Position numbers and translations under genes: made by a program. This document shows, piece after piece, positions 37,683 to 51,833 of a DNA stretch of 64,000 bases. Each line of letters begins with the position of its first letter. Position 1 is the first letter of the stretch. This DNA is from Anaeramoeba ignava BMAN. Lineage: Eukaryota > Protista > Anaeramoebae. The notes beneath the pieces were generated by a model. That model saw only the letters and a program-made list of their open reading frames with translations. It was not told the DNA's origin and did not search any database. The DNA lies in the NCBI GenBank assembly GCA_028826165.1, contig JAPDFW010000060.1:124001-188000 (forward strand), given 5' to 3'.

Positions 37683-38972
37683 TTAACAACATCCTTGTTT
37701 TTTTTGTTTTATTTGTATTAAATCTGAATTTTTAATAACTTTTGATTGATTTAAATTATTTTCATTTTGATCTAAACCAGTATTAATTTTTTTATGATGA
37801 AGATGTTTATTAAGTTCTTTTTTTTCTTTAAGTTCTTTTGCAATAAATTCAAATAATTCATTAACATTTATTCCATCTTTTGCACTTACTTTAAATAATT
37901 TGAATTCTTTTCCTTGCGAAATTTCCTTTTGAAATTTTATATTTGAATAAAAAATAAAATTAAATAAATTAAATAATAAATTAAATACTTTTTTATCTTT
38001 TTTTTTTTAAATTGATTTTTTTTGTTCCACTTTTTTTTAAATTAAATTTTTATAAATAAATTTTTAATTAAATTTACTTTGATTTTTTCTTCAATATTTT
38101 CAATTTCTTTTTCAATAAGATCACATTTATTTCCAACAATAACAATTAAAGGATCTATTCTGCAATTATCATCAATTTCTTTTATATAATAATCAACTTC
38201 TTTAAGAGTACCTTCAACTGTTAAATCAAAAACAATTATTGCTGTATCTGCATTTCTTTTTGATTTTGATTTTGATTTTAATTTTGATTTTGATTTTGAA
38301 TTTGATTTTGATTTTAATTTTGATTTTGATTTTGAATTTGATTTCGATTTTAAATTTGATTTTGATTTTAATTTTTATTTTAATTTTGATTTTGATTTTG
38401 ATTTTGATTTTGATTTTGATTTTGATTTTGATTTTAAATTTGAATTTGAAATAGATTTACTTATAAATTGAAGAAGTAAGTGGATTCCGATATTGTTCTT
38501 CGCCTGCAGTATCCCACTTTAAATTAAAATTAAAATTCATTTATAAAATTAAAATTAAAATTAATTTATAAAATTAAATTAGAAAGAAAAATATAAATTT
38601 ATTTACAATTTCAAGTCGAACACCTTTATTATCAATTTCTAAATCTTTGAATTTCTATTTATTTTTGTATTTAAATTGGAAAAAAATTTTTTGTTATAAA
38701 TTTCAGAATTTATTTAATTAATTTTAAATTATTTATTTACAAAATCAACTCCAACAGTTGTAGTTCTAAAAGGTTTAAATATTGCATCCTATTTTTTAAA
38801 TTAATTTTATTAATTAAAAATTGAATAAATTATTTTTTAAATTTGTAAATTAATTAATTAATAAAATAAAAGAAATAAAATAAATATTTACAATATATTT
38901 AATAATTAAACTTGTTTTTCCAACTCTTGGGCTTCCGATAAGAACAACTTTAAAATTAAAATCAAAACTCAT
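37683..38972 (-). CDS. Rab1-derived GTPase, copy 13 (catalytic Q>E)
   Basis: GSPRVGKT|DAIFKPFRTTTVGVDF|...|WDTAGEEQYRNPLTSSIYK|...|...KVSAK...KQGCC*. Confidence 0.9.
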
Positions 38973-39072
38973 AATAGAAAACAAAATGAAAGAAATGAAA
39001 AAGTTTTTTTTCCGATTTTGATTTTTATTATTTTTTATTATTTTTTATTAAAAAAAAACAAAAAAGCAATTT

Positions 39073-40356
39073 TTAACAACATTTATTGACTTTTTTTGGT
39101 GTTTGAGATTCTGTTAATTTTATAGTTTGGGGATTATTTGTTGGATTTGTATTTGAATTGTCAACTGATTGGTCTTGTTTTGGTTGATTTTCTTTAAGTG
39201 TTTTTGCAATATAATAAAATAATTCATTAACATTTGTTCCTTCTTTTGCACTTGTTTTAAATAATTTAAATTCTTTTCCTTTAGCAATTTCCTATTTATT
39301 TGAATTTAAAAAAACAGTATGAAAAAAATTTTTTTGTTCCACTTTTTTATTAAATTAAAATAATTTACTTCCAATTTTTCTTCTACATTTTCTATTTGAT
39401 TTTCAATAAGATCACATTTATTTCCAACAAGAATAATTAATGGATTTTTATAAGAAATCTTGTCAATCTCAGAAAAATAGTAATCAACTGATTCTAAACT
39501 TTCTTCAACTGTTAAATCAAAAACAATTATAAAAGCTTCTGCATTTCTAAATTTAATTTTTATTTTAATTTTGAATTAAATTTTGATTTTAATTTTGATT
39601 TTAATTTTGATTTTAATTTTGATTTTAATTTTGATTTTAATTTTGATTTTAATTTTGATTTTAATTTTAATTTTGAATTAAATTTTGATTTAATTTTAAT
39701 TTTAATTTTGATTTTAATTTTGATTTTAATTTTGATTTTGAATTTAATTTTAATTTTAATTTTGATTTTGATTTTGATTTTGATTTTAATTTTAATTTTG
39801 ATTTTGATTTTAATTTTGATTTTCATTTTGAATTTAATTTTGATTTTAATTTTGATTTTGATTTTGATTTAAATTTTGATTTTAATTTTAATTTTAATTT
39901 TAATTTTGATTTACTTATAAATTGAAGAAGAAAGTGGAATTCGAAATTTTTCTTGACCTGCAGTATCCCACTATTAATTATTTAATTTAAATAAAATATT
40001 TTATAAATTAAATAAATATTCTTCAATAATTAAATAATTCATTACAATTTGAAGTCTAAAAGTTGAATCTTCAATTTCAACATCTTTTGTTTTCTAAAAA
40101 ATTAAAAGGAAAAAAAATTTTTAATCAAAAACAAAAATTAAAATTAAAATAAATTACATAATCAATACCAACAGTAGTAGTTGTTCTAGGAATAAAAATA
40201 TTATCCTTTTTCGATTTTTATTTTTTTAAATTATTTTTTTAAATTATTTTTTTTTTGTGAATTTTGTTTATTTACAACATATCGATTAATTAAACTTGTT
40301 TTTCCTGCTCCTGAAGCTCCAACTAAAGCAACACGAAAAAAAACATCAAAAGTCAT
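39073..40356 (-). CDS. Rab1-derived GTPase, copy 14
   Basis: GASGAGKT|DNIFIPRTTTTVGIDY|...|WDTAGQEKFRIPLSSSIYK|...|...VNKCC*. Confidence 0.9.
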
Positions 40357-40504
40357 AATTTTTAAATTTAAATTTATATTAAAAAAAATGATAAAATTTT
40401 TAAAAGCAAAAAATTCTTTTGTTTATTTTAATTTTAATTAAGGAAAAAAAATAAAAGAAAAATGAAAAAAAAGAAATTCAAAAAGAAAATTTTGTTTTTT
40501 TTTT

Positions 40505-42373
40505 TTAACAACATTTATTTCGTTTTTTATTATTAAAATTATTATTATCATCATTATTTAAATCAACTTCTTTTAAATTTTCTTCTTTTAAATTTTCATT
40601 TTTATTTAATTTATTTTGTTTTATTACTCCATATTTTTTAGGATTTTCTTTAATCGTTTTTGCAATATAATAAAATAATTCATTAACATTTGTTCTTTCT
40701 TTTGCACTTGTTTTAAATAATTTAAATTCTTTTTCATTTGAAATTTGCTATTAAATATTATTTTTAAAAAGAATAAATTTTTTAAAATTAAATAATTTTT
40801 TTGTTCCACTTTTTTATTAATTAATATTTTTAAATTAATTTTGATTTTGATTTTAATTTACTTTCACTTTTTCTTCTACATTTTCTATTTGATTTTCAAT
40901 AAGATCACATTTATTTCCAACAAGAACAATTAATGGATTTTTTCTACAATTATTTTCAATTTCTGTAAAATAATACTCAAGTGAATTCACTGTTTCTTTA
41001 TTTGTTAAATCAAAAACAACTATTAAAACATTTGTGTTTCTATTTAAAAAAATTTAATCATTTAATTTAAATTTTAATTTTGATTTTGATTTTAATTTTA
41101 ATTTTGAATTTGAATTTGAATTTGATTTTGATTTTAATTTTAATTTTGATTTTGATTTTGATTTTGATTTTGATTTTGATTTTGATTTTGATTTTGATTT
41201 TGATTTTGATTTTGATTTTGATTTTGATTTTAATTTTAATTTTAATTTTAATTTTGATTTTGATTTTGATTTTGATTTTGATTTTGATTTTAATTTTGAT
41301 TTTGATTATTTTGATTTTTGATTTTGATTTTGATTTTAATTTTGATTTATATTTTGATTTTGATTTTAATTTTGATTTTGATTTTAATTTTGATTTTGAT
41401 TATTTTAATTTTGATTTTGATTTTGATTTTGATTTTAATTTTAATTTAAATTTTAATTCTGATTTTGATTCTGATTTTTGATTTTGATTTTTGATTTTGA
41501 TTTTAATTTTAATTTTAATTTTAATTTTAATTTTAATTTTAATTTTGATTTTAATTTTAATTTTAATTTTGATTTTAATTTTGAATTTAATTTTAATTTT
41601 AATTTTGATTTTAATTTTGATTTTGATTTTAATTTTGATTTTGATTTTGATTTTGATTTTAATTTTGATTTTGATTTTGATTTTAATTTTGATTTTAATT
41701 TTGATTTTGATTTTGATTTTGATTTTAATTTTGATTTTAATTTTGATTTTAATTTTGATTTTTATTTTGATTTTGATTTTGATTTTGATTTTAATTTAGA
41801 TTTTGATTTTAATTTTGATTTTGATTTTGATTTTAATTTTGATTTAAATTTTGATTTTAATTTTAATTTAAATTTTAATTCTGATTTTGATTCTGATTTT
41901 GATTTTGATTTACTTATAAATTGAAGAAGAAAGCGAAATATGAAATTTTTCTTGACCTGCAGTATCCCACTATTAATTATTTAATTTAAATAAAATATTT
42001 TATAAATTAAATAAATATTCTTCAATAATTAAATAATTCATTACAATTTGAAGTCTAAAAGTTGAATCTTCAATTTCAACATCTTTTGTTTTCTAAAAAA
42101 TTAAAAGGAAAAAAAATTCCAAAAAAAAATTGGAAAAAAACTGAAAATATCAAGAAATAAAATTACATAATCAATTCCAATAGTTGAATCTTTTTCTGGA
42201 ATAAAAATATCATCCTTTTCAAATAAATTAAAAAATTAAAATAAAAAAATTAAATTTTTTTCTTTCTTTCTTTTCTTTCTTTCTAAATTTACAATATATC
42301 GTTGAATTAAACTTGTTTTTCCAACTCCTGAAGCTCCAACTAAAATTGTTTTACATAAAAAATCAAAACTCAT
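40505..42373 (-). CDS. Rab1-derived GTPase, copy 15 (intron 4 expanded by TTTTGA repeat)
   Basis: GASGVGKT|DDIFIPEKDSTIGIDY|...|WDTAGQEKFHISLSSSIYK|...|...RNKCC*. Confidence 0.9.
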
Positions 42374-42650
42374 TTTTTAAAAAAAAAGAAAAAAATGGAA
42401 AAAATAAAAAATGAAAAAATTGAAAAAATGAAAAAATTTTTTTTTTGGAAATAAATGTCAATCCACTTTTTGTTTTTAATTTCATTTAAATTTTATCATT
42501 TTTGTTTTTGTTTTTAATTTCATTTAAATTTTATCATTTTTGTTTTTGTTTTTATTTTTATTTTTGTTTTTATTTTTGTTTTTGTTTTGATAAAATTTAA
42601 ATAATAAAAAAAAAATAAAAAAAGTCAATGTTTGCAATTCCAAATTGACT

Positions 42651-44876
42651 TTAACAACAATTTTTTTTCTTTTCTTTTTTTTCTTGTTCAAATATAATTT
42701 TTCTTGAATGTCTTTTTGGTTTATCTTTATTTGAATTTTCATTTTGAGGAAATTTTTCTTTAAGTGTTTTTGCAATATAATAAAATAATTCATTAACATT
42801 TATTTTTTCTTTTGCACTTGTTTTAAATAATTTAAATTCTTTTTCATTTGAAATTTCCTATTAAATATTATTTTTAAAAAAGAATAAATTTTTTAAATTT
42901 AAATAAATTTTTTTGTTCCACTTTTTTATTAATTAATATTTTTCAATTAATTTAAATCTAAATTTAAATCTAAAATTTTTAATTAAATTTAAAATTTAAA
43001 TTTAATATTTTTCAATTAATTTAAATCTAAATTTAAATTTAATATTTTTCAATTAATTTAAATCTAATATTTAAATTTAATATTTTTCAATTAATTTAAA
43101 TTTAGATTTAAATTTAATATTTTTCAATTAATTTAAATTTAAATTTAAATTTAATATTTTTTAATTAATTTAAATTTAAATTTAATATTTTTTAATTATT
43201 TTAATTTTAAATTTAAAAATTTACTTTGATTTTTTCTTCTAAATTTTCAAATTGATTTTCAAGATCACACTTATTTCCAACAAGAACAATTAAAATATCT
43301 GATTTATAACTGTTGTTAATCTCTAAGAGATAATTATAAACTTCTTGTAAACTATCTTCATTTGTTAAATCAAAAACAATAATAAATGCTTTTGCATTTC
43401 TTTTGTGTTTTTTTTTTAAGAATAATTTAATTAAAAAATTAAAAATAAAAAAGTGGAACAAAAAAATATTCATTTTTAATTTACTTATAAATTGAAAAAG
43501 AAGAAATTGAAATTTGAAATTTTTCTTGGCCTGCAGTATCCCACTATTAAATTGAAATTAAATAATTTAATTATTTTATAATTTAAATATTTTATAAATT
43601 AAATATTTTATAATTTAAATATTTTATAAATTAAATACTTTATAATTTAAATATTTTATAATTTAATTATTTAGTAATTTAAATATTTTATAATTTAAAT
43701 ATTTTATAATTTAAATATTTTTATAATTTAAAATATTTTATAATTTAAATATTTTATTTTAATTTAAATATTTTGTAATTTAAATATTTTATAATTTAAA
43801 TATTTCATAATTTAATTATTTTATAATTTAAATATTTTTATAATTTAATTATTTTATAAATTAAATATTTTATAATTTAAATATTTTATTTTATAATTTA
43901 AATATTTTATAATTTAAATATTTTATAATTTAAATATTTTTATTTTTATAATTTAAATATTTTTATAATTTAAATATTTTTATTTTATAATTTAAATATT
44001 TTATAATTTAAATATTTTTATTTTATAATTTTAAATATTTTTTATAATTTAATTATTTTATAATTTAAATATTTTATAATTTAATTATTTAATAATTCAA
44101 ATATTTTTATAATTCAAATATTTTGTAATTCAAATATTTTGTAATTTAAATATTTTATAATTTAAATATTTCATAATTTAATTATTTTTATAATTCAAAT
44201 ATTTTTTATAATTTAAATATTTCATAATTTTAAATATTTTATAATTTAAATATTTTATAATTTAATTATTTTATAAATTAAATATTTTATAATTTAATTA
44301 TTTAATAATTTAAATATTTTATAATTTAAATATTTTATAATTTAAATATTTCATAATTTAAATACTTTATAAATTAAGTATTTCATAATTTAAATATTTT
44401 ATAAATTAAATATTTTATAAATTAAATATTTACAATTTGAAGTCGAATCTCTTCTTCTTCAACTGAAACATCTTTTGTTATCTAAAATCATTTAATTTTT
44501 TTTTGGCAAAAGTATTTTAAATCCATTAAAAAAAAAAAGAAAATCAATATTCAAGTTGATTTTAATTTGAGAAAAATTTTTCCAAAAAAAATATTTTTTA
44601 ATTAGATAAAAATTGAATAAAAGAATTAAAAAATAAAACTACATAATCAATTCCAACATTTGATTTTAAATCCAAATTAAAAACATCATCCTTATTAATT
44701 ATAAAAAAATAAAGTAGAAAATTTAATAAAAAAAAAAGGAAAAAAAATTTTTTTTTAAATTGAAATTTTTTTTAAATTTGATTATTAAAATTTACAACAT
44801 ATTTAATAATTAAACTTGTTTTTCCAACTCCTGAAGCTCCAACAAGAAAAATTGGATATAAAGCATCAAAACTCAT
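42651..44876 (-). CDS. Rab1-derived GTPase, copy 16 (G2 T>N; intron 3 expanded by a ~15-nt AATTTAAATATTTTAT repeat, 43545-44430)
   Basis: GASGVGKT|DDVFNLDLKSNVGIDY|ITKDVSVEEEEIRLQI|WDTAGQEKFQISISSFSIYK|...|...KNCC*. Confidence 0.88.
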
Positions 44877-44993
44877 TTTTAAAATTAAAATGAAAAATAA
44901 AAAAATGGAAAATTTTTTCAACTTTTTTTTTTATTCAAAATAAAACAATCAAAAAAAAAAAATAAAAAGTTAATTTTTAATTTGAAAATGAAA

Positions 44994-46301
44994 TCAACAA
45001 CAATTTTTTTTCCCTTGTTTGTTTCCCTTATTTTCAAGTTTAATTTCTTGTTTATTTTTTGGTTTTGGTTTTTGTTGATTTGTATTAAATTTTCCATTTT
45101 GATTTTTTTCTTTAAGTGTTTTTGCAATATAATAAAATAATTCATTAACATTTGTTCCATCTTTTGCACTTGTTTTAAATAATTTAAATTCTTTTTCATT
45201 TGAAATTTCCTATTAAATATTATTTTTAAAAAGAATAAATTTTTTAAAATTAAATAATTTTTTGTTCCACTTTTTTATTAATTAATATTTTTAAATTAAT
45301 TTAAATCTAAATTTAAATTTAAATTTAAAAATTTGTTTCACTTTTTTTTTATTAAATAATATTTTTCAATTATTTTAATTTTAAATTTAAAAAATTACTT
45401 TGATTTTTTCTTCTAAATTTTCAAATTGATTTTCAAGATCACATTTATTTCCAGCAAGAACAATTAAAACATCTGGTGGACAATTTTGATTAATCTCTAC
45501 AAGATAATTATTAACTTCTTTTAAAGTATTTTCTTTTGTTAAATCAAAAACAATAATAAATGCTTCTACTTTTCTTTTGTGTTTTTTTTTAAGAATAATT
45601 TAATTAAAAAATTAAAAATAAAAAAGTGGAACAAAAAAATATTCATTTTTAATTTACTTATAAATTGAAAAAGAAGAAATTGAAATTCTGTATCTTTCTT
45701 GGCCTGCAGTATCCCACTATTAATATTAATTTTAATATTAATTTAAATTTTAATTTTAATTTTAATTTTAATTATAATTTTAATTTTGATTTTGATTTTG
45801 ATTTTGATTTTAATTTTAATTTTTAATTTCAATTTTAATTTTAATTTTAATTATAATTTTAATTTTAATTTTAATTTTAATTTTAATTTTAAATTTTTAA
45901 TTTTTAATTTTTACAATTTGAAGTCTAATCGATTTACCATTAATTTCAATATCTTTCGTTTTCTAAATTTATTCAAAAAAAAAGTATTTTTTTTAAAATA
46001 AAAAAACAGGAAAAAAAAATTAATTAAAATTTAATCACAAAAATTAATAAGAAAAAACAAAAATAAATTACAAAATCAACTCCAATAGTTGTTCTATAGT
46101 TGAGATTAAAAACATCATCCTTATTAATTATAAAAAAATAAAGTAGAAAATTTAATAAAAAAAAAAGGAAAAAATTTTGTTTTTGAATTTAAAATTTAAA
46201 TTTTAAATTTTTAAATTTACAACATATCGATTAATTAAACTTGTTTTTCCAACTCCTGAAGCTCCAACAAGTGCAATTTGACATAAAAAATCAAAACTCA
46301 T
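44994..46301 (-). CDS. Rab1-derived GTPase, copy 17
   Basis: GASGVGKT|DDVFNLNYRTTIGVDF|...|WDTAGQERYRISISSFSIYK|...|...KNCC*. Confidence 0.9.
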
Positions 46302-46360
46302 TTTTAAAATAAAATGGAAAATAAAAAAATGAAAAATAAAAAAATGAAAACTTTTTTTTT

Positions 46361-48259
46361 TTAACAACAATTTGTTTTTTTATTAATTGTTTGAGATTTT
46401 TTAATAAAATCATTTTGATTATCGCTATCAAGAATATCATCACTATTTTCAAAATCTATTTCAACAATATTTGATTTATTTTTTAATTTAGGGTTTGTTT
46501 TTAATGTTTTTGCAGTAAAATGAAATAATTCATTAACATTTGTTCCATCTTTTGCACTTGTTTTAAATAATTCAAATTCATGATCTTTTGAAATGTTCTA
46601 TTTTTTTAATTTTGAATTTAATTTTGGATTTAATTTTAATTTAATTTTAAATTTAATTTTAAATTGGATTTAATTTAATTTTGAATTTAATTTTGGATTG
46701 ATTTTAATTTTGAATTTAATTTTGGATTTAATTTTGAATTCATTCTAATTTTGGATTGATTTTAATTTTGAATTTAATTTTGAATTTAATTTTAAATTTA
46801 ATTTTGAATTTAATTTTGAATTTAATTTTGAATTTAATTTTAAATTTAATTTTGAATTGATTTTAATTTTAAATTGGATTTAATTTAATTTTGAATTCAT
46901 TCTAATTTTGGATTGAATTTAATTTTGAATTTAATTTTGAATTTAATTTTGAATTGAATTTAATTTATTTTAAATTTAATTTGATTTTGAATTTATTTTG
47001 AATTTAATTTTGGATTGAATTTCATTTTGAATTTAATTTAATTTTGGATTGAATTTAATTTTAAATTTAATTTAATTTTGAATTTAATTTTAAATTTAAT
47101 TTTGGATTGAATTTAATTTTAAATTTAATTTTTGTTCCACTTTTTTAAACTAATTTAATTTTGAATGGAAAAAATTTACTTTAATTTTTTCTTCTAAATT
47201 TTCAATTTCTTTTTTAAGATCACATTTATTTCCAGCAAGAACAATTAAAACATCTGGTTCACAATTTTGTCCAATTTCATAAATAAAATCATTAATTTGA
47301 TCAAGTGACATTTCACTTGTTAAATCAAAAACAATAACAAAACCATCTGCATTTCTTTTTTTTTTTCAATTAAAATTTAGGTTTTTTTTTTTATTTTGAT
47401 TTTTTTGATTGGGAAAAAAATTGAAAAATTTACTTAAAAATTGAAGAAGAAAGTGTCATTCTATATCTTTCTTGACCTGCAGTATCCCACTATAAAATTA
47501 TAATTAAAATTAAAATTAAAATTAAAATTTAAATTCATTTTGAAATTATAATTAAAATTTAAAATTAAAATTATAATTAAAATTAAAATTACAATTTATA
47601 ATTAAAATTAAAATTCATTTTGAAATTATAATTTAAAATTATAATTAAAATTATAATTAAAATTAAAATTAAAATTAAAATTAAAATCAAAATTAAAATT
47701 AAAATTAAAATTAAAATTAAAATTAAAATTATAATTAAAATTAAAATTAAAATTAAAATTAAAATTATAATTAAAATTATAATTCATTTTGAAATTATAA
47801 TTAAAATAAAAATTAAAATTAAAATTAAAATTAAAATTCATTTTGAAATTAAAATCAAAATTAATATTATAATTAAAATTTAAATTAAAATTACAATTTG
47901 GAGTCTAATTGTTTTATCATCAACTACAATATCTTTTGTTCTCTTTTAAAGAAAAAAAAAATTTTAAATAAAAAAAAGGGAAATAATTTTAATAAAAAAG
48001 AAAATAAATACAAAATCAACACCAATTGTAGGTTCTTGTTCAAAAAAAGTTGCATCCTTTTAATTTTTTTAATTCAAATTTTTTTAATTTTTTTAATTCA
48101 AATTTTTTTAATTTTTTTAATTCAAATTTTTTTAATTTTTTTAATTTTGAATAAAAAAGAAGGAAAAAAATAATTTACAACAAATCTAACAAGTAAACTA
48201 GTTTTTCCAGCTCCAGATGCTCCAACAATTACTATTTTAAAAAGATTATCAAAACTCAT
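46361..48259 (-). CDS. Rab1-derived GTPase, copy 18 (exon 2 one codon shorter)
   Basis: GASGAGKT|DATFFEQEPTIGVDF|...|WDTAGQERYRMTLSSSIFK|...|...TNCC*. Confidence 0.9.
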
Positions 48260-48391
48260 TTAAAAATAATAAAATAAAAAAATAATAAAAAATGAAAGAA
48301 AAAAATGAAAAATAAAATTTGGTTTTTATTCCACTTTTTGTTTTTAAAAAATAAGAATTAATCAAATTTGAAATTATTCAAAAAGAGAATT

Positions 48392-50114
48392 TCAACAACA
48401 TTTTGATTTTTTTATTTTTGGAACTGGTTCTAAAATATTAACAAAACCGTTTCGAGCTAAATTTTTTTCATTTTTTAGAAGATATTCATTTTTTGATTTT
48501 GGTTGATTTTCTTTAAGTGTTTTTGCAATATATTCAAATAATTCATTAACATTTGTTCCATCTTTTGCACTTGTTTTAAATAATTTAAATTCATTATTTG
48601 GTAAAATTTCCTTGTTTTTTTTTGTTTTAATTATTGAGATTCAAAATTAATCAATTTTTTATTGATAATTTTTGTTCCACTTTTTGATTTATTTTAAAAA
48701 ATTTACTTTGATTTTTTCTTCTAAATTTTCAAATTGATTTTCAAGATCACATTTATTTCCAACAAGAACAATTAAAACATTTGGTGGACAATTTTGATTA
48801 ATTAATACAAGAAAATTATTAATTTCTTTTAAAGTATCTTCTTCTGTTAAATCAAAAACAAGGATAAAACCTTCTTTTTCACTTTTTTTTTAAATTATTT
48901 AAATTATTTAAATCAAATATTTAAATTAAATCAAATTAAATCAAATAATTAAATTAAATTAAATAAAATCAAATAAAATCAAATATTTAAATTAAATTAA
49001 ATCAAATCAAATCAAAATATTTAAATTAAATTAAATCAAATCAAATCAAATTAAATCAAATCAAATCAAATCAAATTAAATCAAATCAAATCAAATTAAA
49101 TCAAAATCAAATTAAATCTAAAATTTAAATCAAATATTTAAAATTAAATTAAATCAAATCAAATTAAATTATTTAAATTAAATCAAATATTTAAATTAAA
49201 TCAAATCAAATCAAATTAAATCAAATCAAATCAAATCAAATTAAATCAAATCAAATCAAATATTTAAATTAAATTAAATTAAATTTAAATTAAATCAAAT
49301 TAAATCAAATATTTAAATTAAATTAAATATTTAAATTATTTAAATTAAATCAAATATTTAAATTAAATTAAATCAAAATATTTAAATTAAATCAATTATT
49401 TAAATTAAATTAAATCAAATCAAATCAAATCAAATCAAATCAAATCAAATCAAAATATTTAAATTAAATCAAATCAAATCAAATATTTAAATTGAATTAA
49501 ATCAAATCAAATATTTAAATTGAATTAAATCAAATTAAATCAAATTAAATGAAATAATTAAATTAAATCAAATATTTAAATTAAATTAAATTAAATTAAT
49601 TACTGAAAAATAGCGTTTCCTAATCCAGATCGAAAAGTTTCTTGACCTGCAGTATCCCACTAAAATAAAATTTTTGATAAAAAAATTACAAAAAAAATTT
49701 AAACTAAAATTTCCTAAAAGAAAAAAGGATTTGAATTGAAATACAATCTCCAATCTAATTATTTTTCCATCAACATCAACATCTTTTGCTCTCTAAAAAA
49801 AAAAAAACAAAAAAAACAATTTAAAAGAAAATGATTTTTTTTTTTGGAATAAAAAAATTTAAGGTATAAATTTATTAAGAATAAGAAAGATTTAAATACA
49901 AAATCGACTCCAATTGTTGTTGTTGTTGACATTATAAAAGTATTATCCTTATAAATTTTTTAAATTTGAATTAAATTTTTTTGAATTAAATTTTTTTGAA
50001 TTAAATTTTTTTGAATTAAATTAAATTTTTTACAACAAATTTAGTAATTAAACTTGATTTGCCAACAAATGCAGAACCAAGAAGTGATAGTTTTATTAAA
50101 CGATCAAAACTCAT
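48392..50114 (-). CDS. Rab1-derived GTPase, copy 19 (intron 4 filled with AAATC/AAATT pentamer, ~48890-49600)
   Basis: GSAFVGKS|DNTFIMSTTTTIGVDF|...|WDTAGQETFRSGLGNAIFH|EKEGFILVFD...|...SKCC*. Confidence 0.9.
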
Positions 50115-50217
50115 AAAAATAAAAATAAAAATGGAAAAAATAAAAAAATGGAAAAAATAAAAATGGAAAAAATAAAAATGGAAAAAATAATCAACAAAAT
50201 AAAAAAAGTCACATTTT

Positions 50218-51715
50218 TTAACAACATTTCTTTTTTTTTGGAACTGATGATTCTATTGTAATAATATTTTGTGGAATTTCTTCTTTTTTTTCTTTTTTTG
50301 GTTGTTTTTTTGGTTTTCTTTCTATAATTGTTTTGGCAACAAATTCAAATACTTTATCTACATTTGTTCCATCTTTTGCACTTGTTTTATCAAAACTGAA
50401 ATTGTTTTGAATAAGTTTCTGTTTAAAATTTTAAATATAATTTTTTTTCCGATTTTAATTTTAATTTTTAATTTTTAATTTTAAATATAATTTTTTTTCC
50501 GATTTTAATTTTAATTTTAATTTTTAATTTTAAATATAATTTTTTTTCCGATTTTAATTTTAATTATATTTTTATTTTTAATTTTAATATTTTTACTCTT
50601 AATTGTTCTTCTGGATTTTCTATTTCAATTTCATCAACAAGATCACTTTTATTTCCAATAAAAGAAAGTAAAATATCTGGTGAACAATTTTGATTAATTT
50701 CAACTAAAAAACGACTTAGATCTTCTAAACTTTTTTTATCTGTTAAATCAAAAACAAGAATAAAAGCATCTACACTTCTATTTTTTTCATTAAATCCACA
50801 AATAATAAATATTTTGGAAATATGTATTAATTAAAATTTTTTGTTACTTATAAACCGAGAAATTGAGTGCATTTGTATATCTTTCTTGACCTGCAGTATC
50901 CCACTATTAAATCAATTATTTAAATCAATTAAATTAAATTAAATCAAATTAAATTAAATTAAATCAAATCAAATTAAATCAATTATTTAAATTAAATCAA
51001 ATCAAATCAAATTAAATTAAATCAATTAAATCAATCAATTATTTAAATCAAATCAAATCAAATCAAATTAAATTAAATCAAATTATTTAAATTCAAATTA
51101 AATTAAATCAATTATTTAAATTAAATCAAATCAAATTAAATTAAATTAAATCAAATCAAATTAAATTAAATTAAATCAAATTAAATCAATTTAAATCAAA
51201 TTAAATCCAAATTAAATCCAAATTAAATCCAAATTATTTAAATTATTTAAATCAATCAAATTAAATCAAATTAAATTAAATCAAATCAAATCAAATCCAA
51301 ATTATTTAAATTATTTAAATCAAATAAATTATTTAAATCAATTAAATTAAATCAAATTTAAAAATTCTTCAAAAACTTACAATTTGTAATTGAACTTGCT
51401 TATCAAATAAAATTAGATTTTTTGTTCTCTTAAATTTAAATTTAAATCCAAAAATTAAAAAAAAAATTTAAATTGAATTAAAAATTTAAAAATTAAAAAT
51501 TGAATTTACAAAATCAAGTCCTAACGTTGTTGGTTGATTATATTCAAAAGTTTCATCCTTTTATTTTTTAATTAATTTATAAAAAATTTTTCCAAATTAA
51601 AAAATTTAATAATTTTAAAAAAAATTTTATTTACAACATATCGTAAAATTAAACTTGATTTCCCAACACAAGGAGGTCCAATCAGTGCAATTTTAATAAG
51701 ATAATCAAAACTCAT
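50218..51715 (-). CDS. Rab1-derived GTPase, copy 20 (intron 3 filled with pentamer repeat)
   Basis: GPPCVGKS|DETFEYNQPTTLGLDF|...|WDTAGQERYTNALNFSVYK|...GNKSD|...KKCC*. Confidence 0.9.
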
Positions 51716-51833
51716 TGAAAGAAAAATGAAAAATGAAAAATGAAAAATGAAAAATGAAAAATGAAAAATGAAAAATGAAAAATGAAATTTTTTTGGATCA
51801 TTTTTTTCATTTTTCTCTTTTTTTAAAATAAAT
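51716..51833. promoter_or_regulatory. 118-nt divergent promoter shared by Rab copy 20 and the ankyrin-BTB gene; (GAAAAAT)x9, i.e. tandem TCATTTT initiator-like units on the minus strand
   Basis: Heptamer repeat at 51721-51786; plus-strand ttttcatttt at ~51804 ahead of ATG 51834. Confidence 0.55.

Noticed and set aside
253-47841. Many ORF-track entries made of ILIL, FDFD, YLYL, DLDL, KIKI or NFNF
   Set aside because: They are stop-free frames of hexamer microsatellites in introns and spacers, or antisense to NQ/EN/KE tracts, with no protein-like content.
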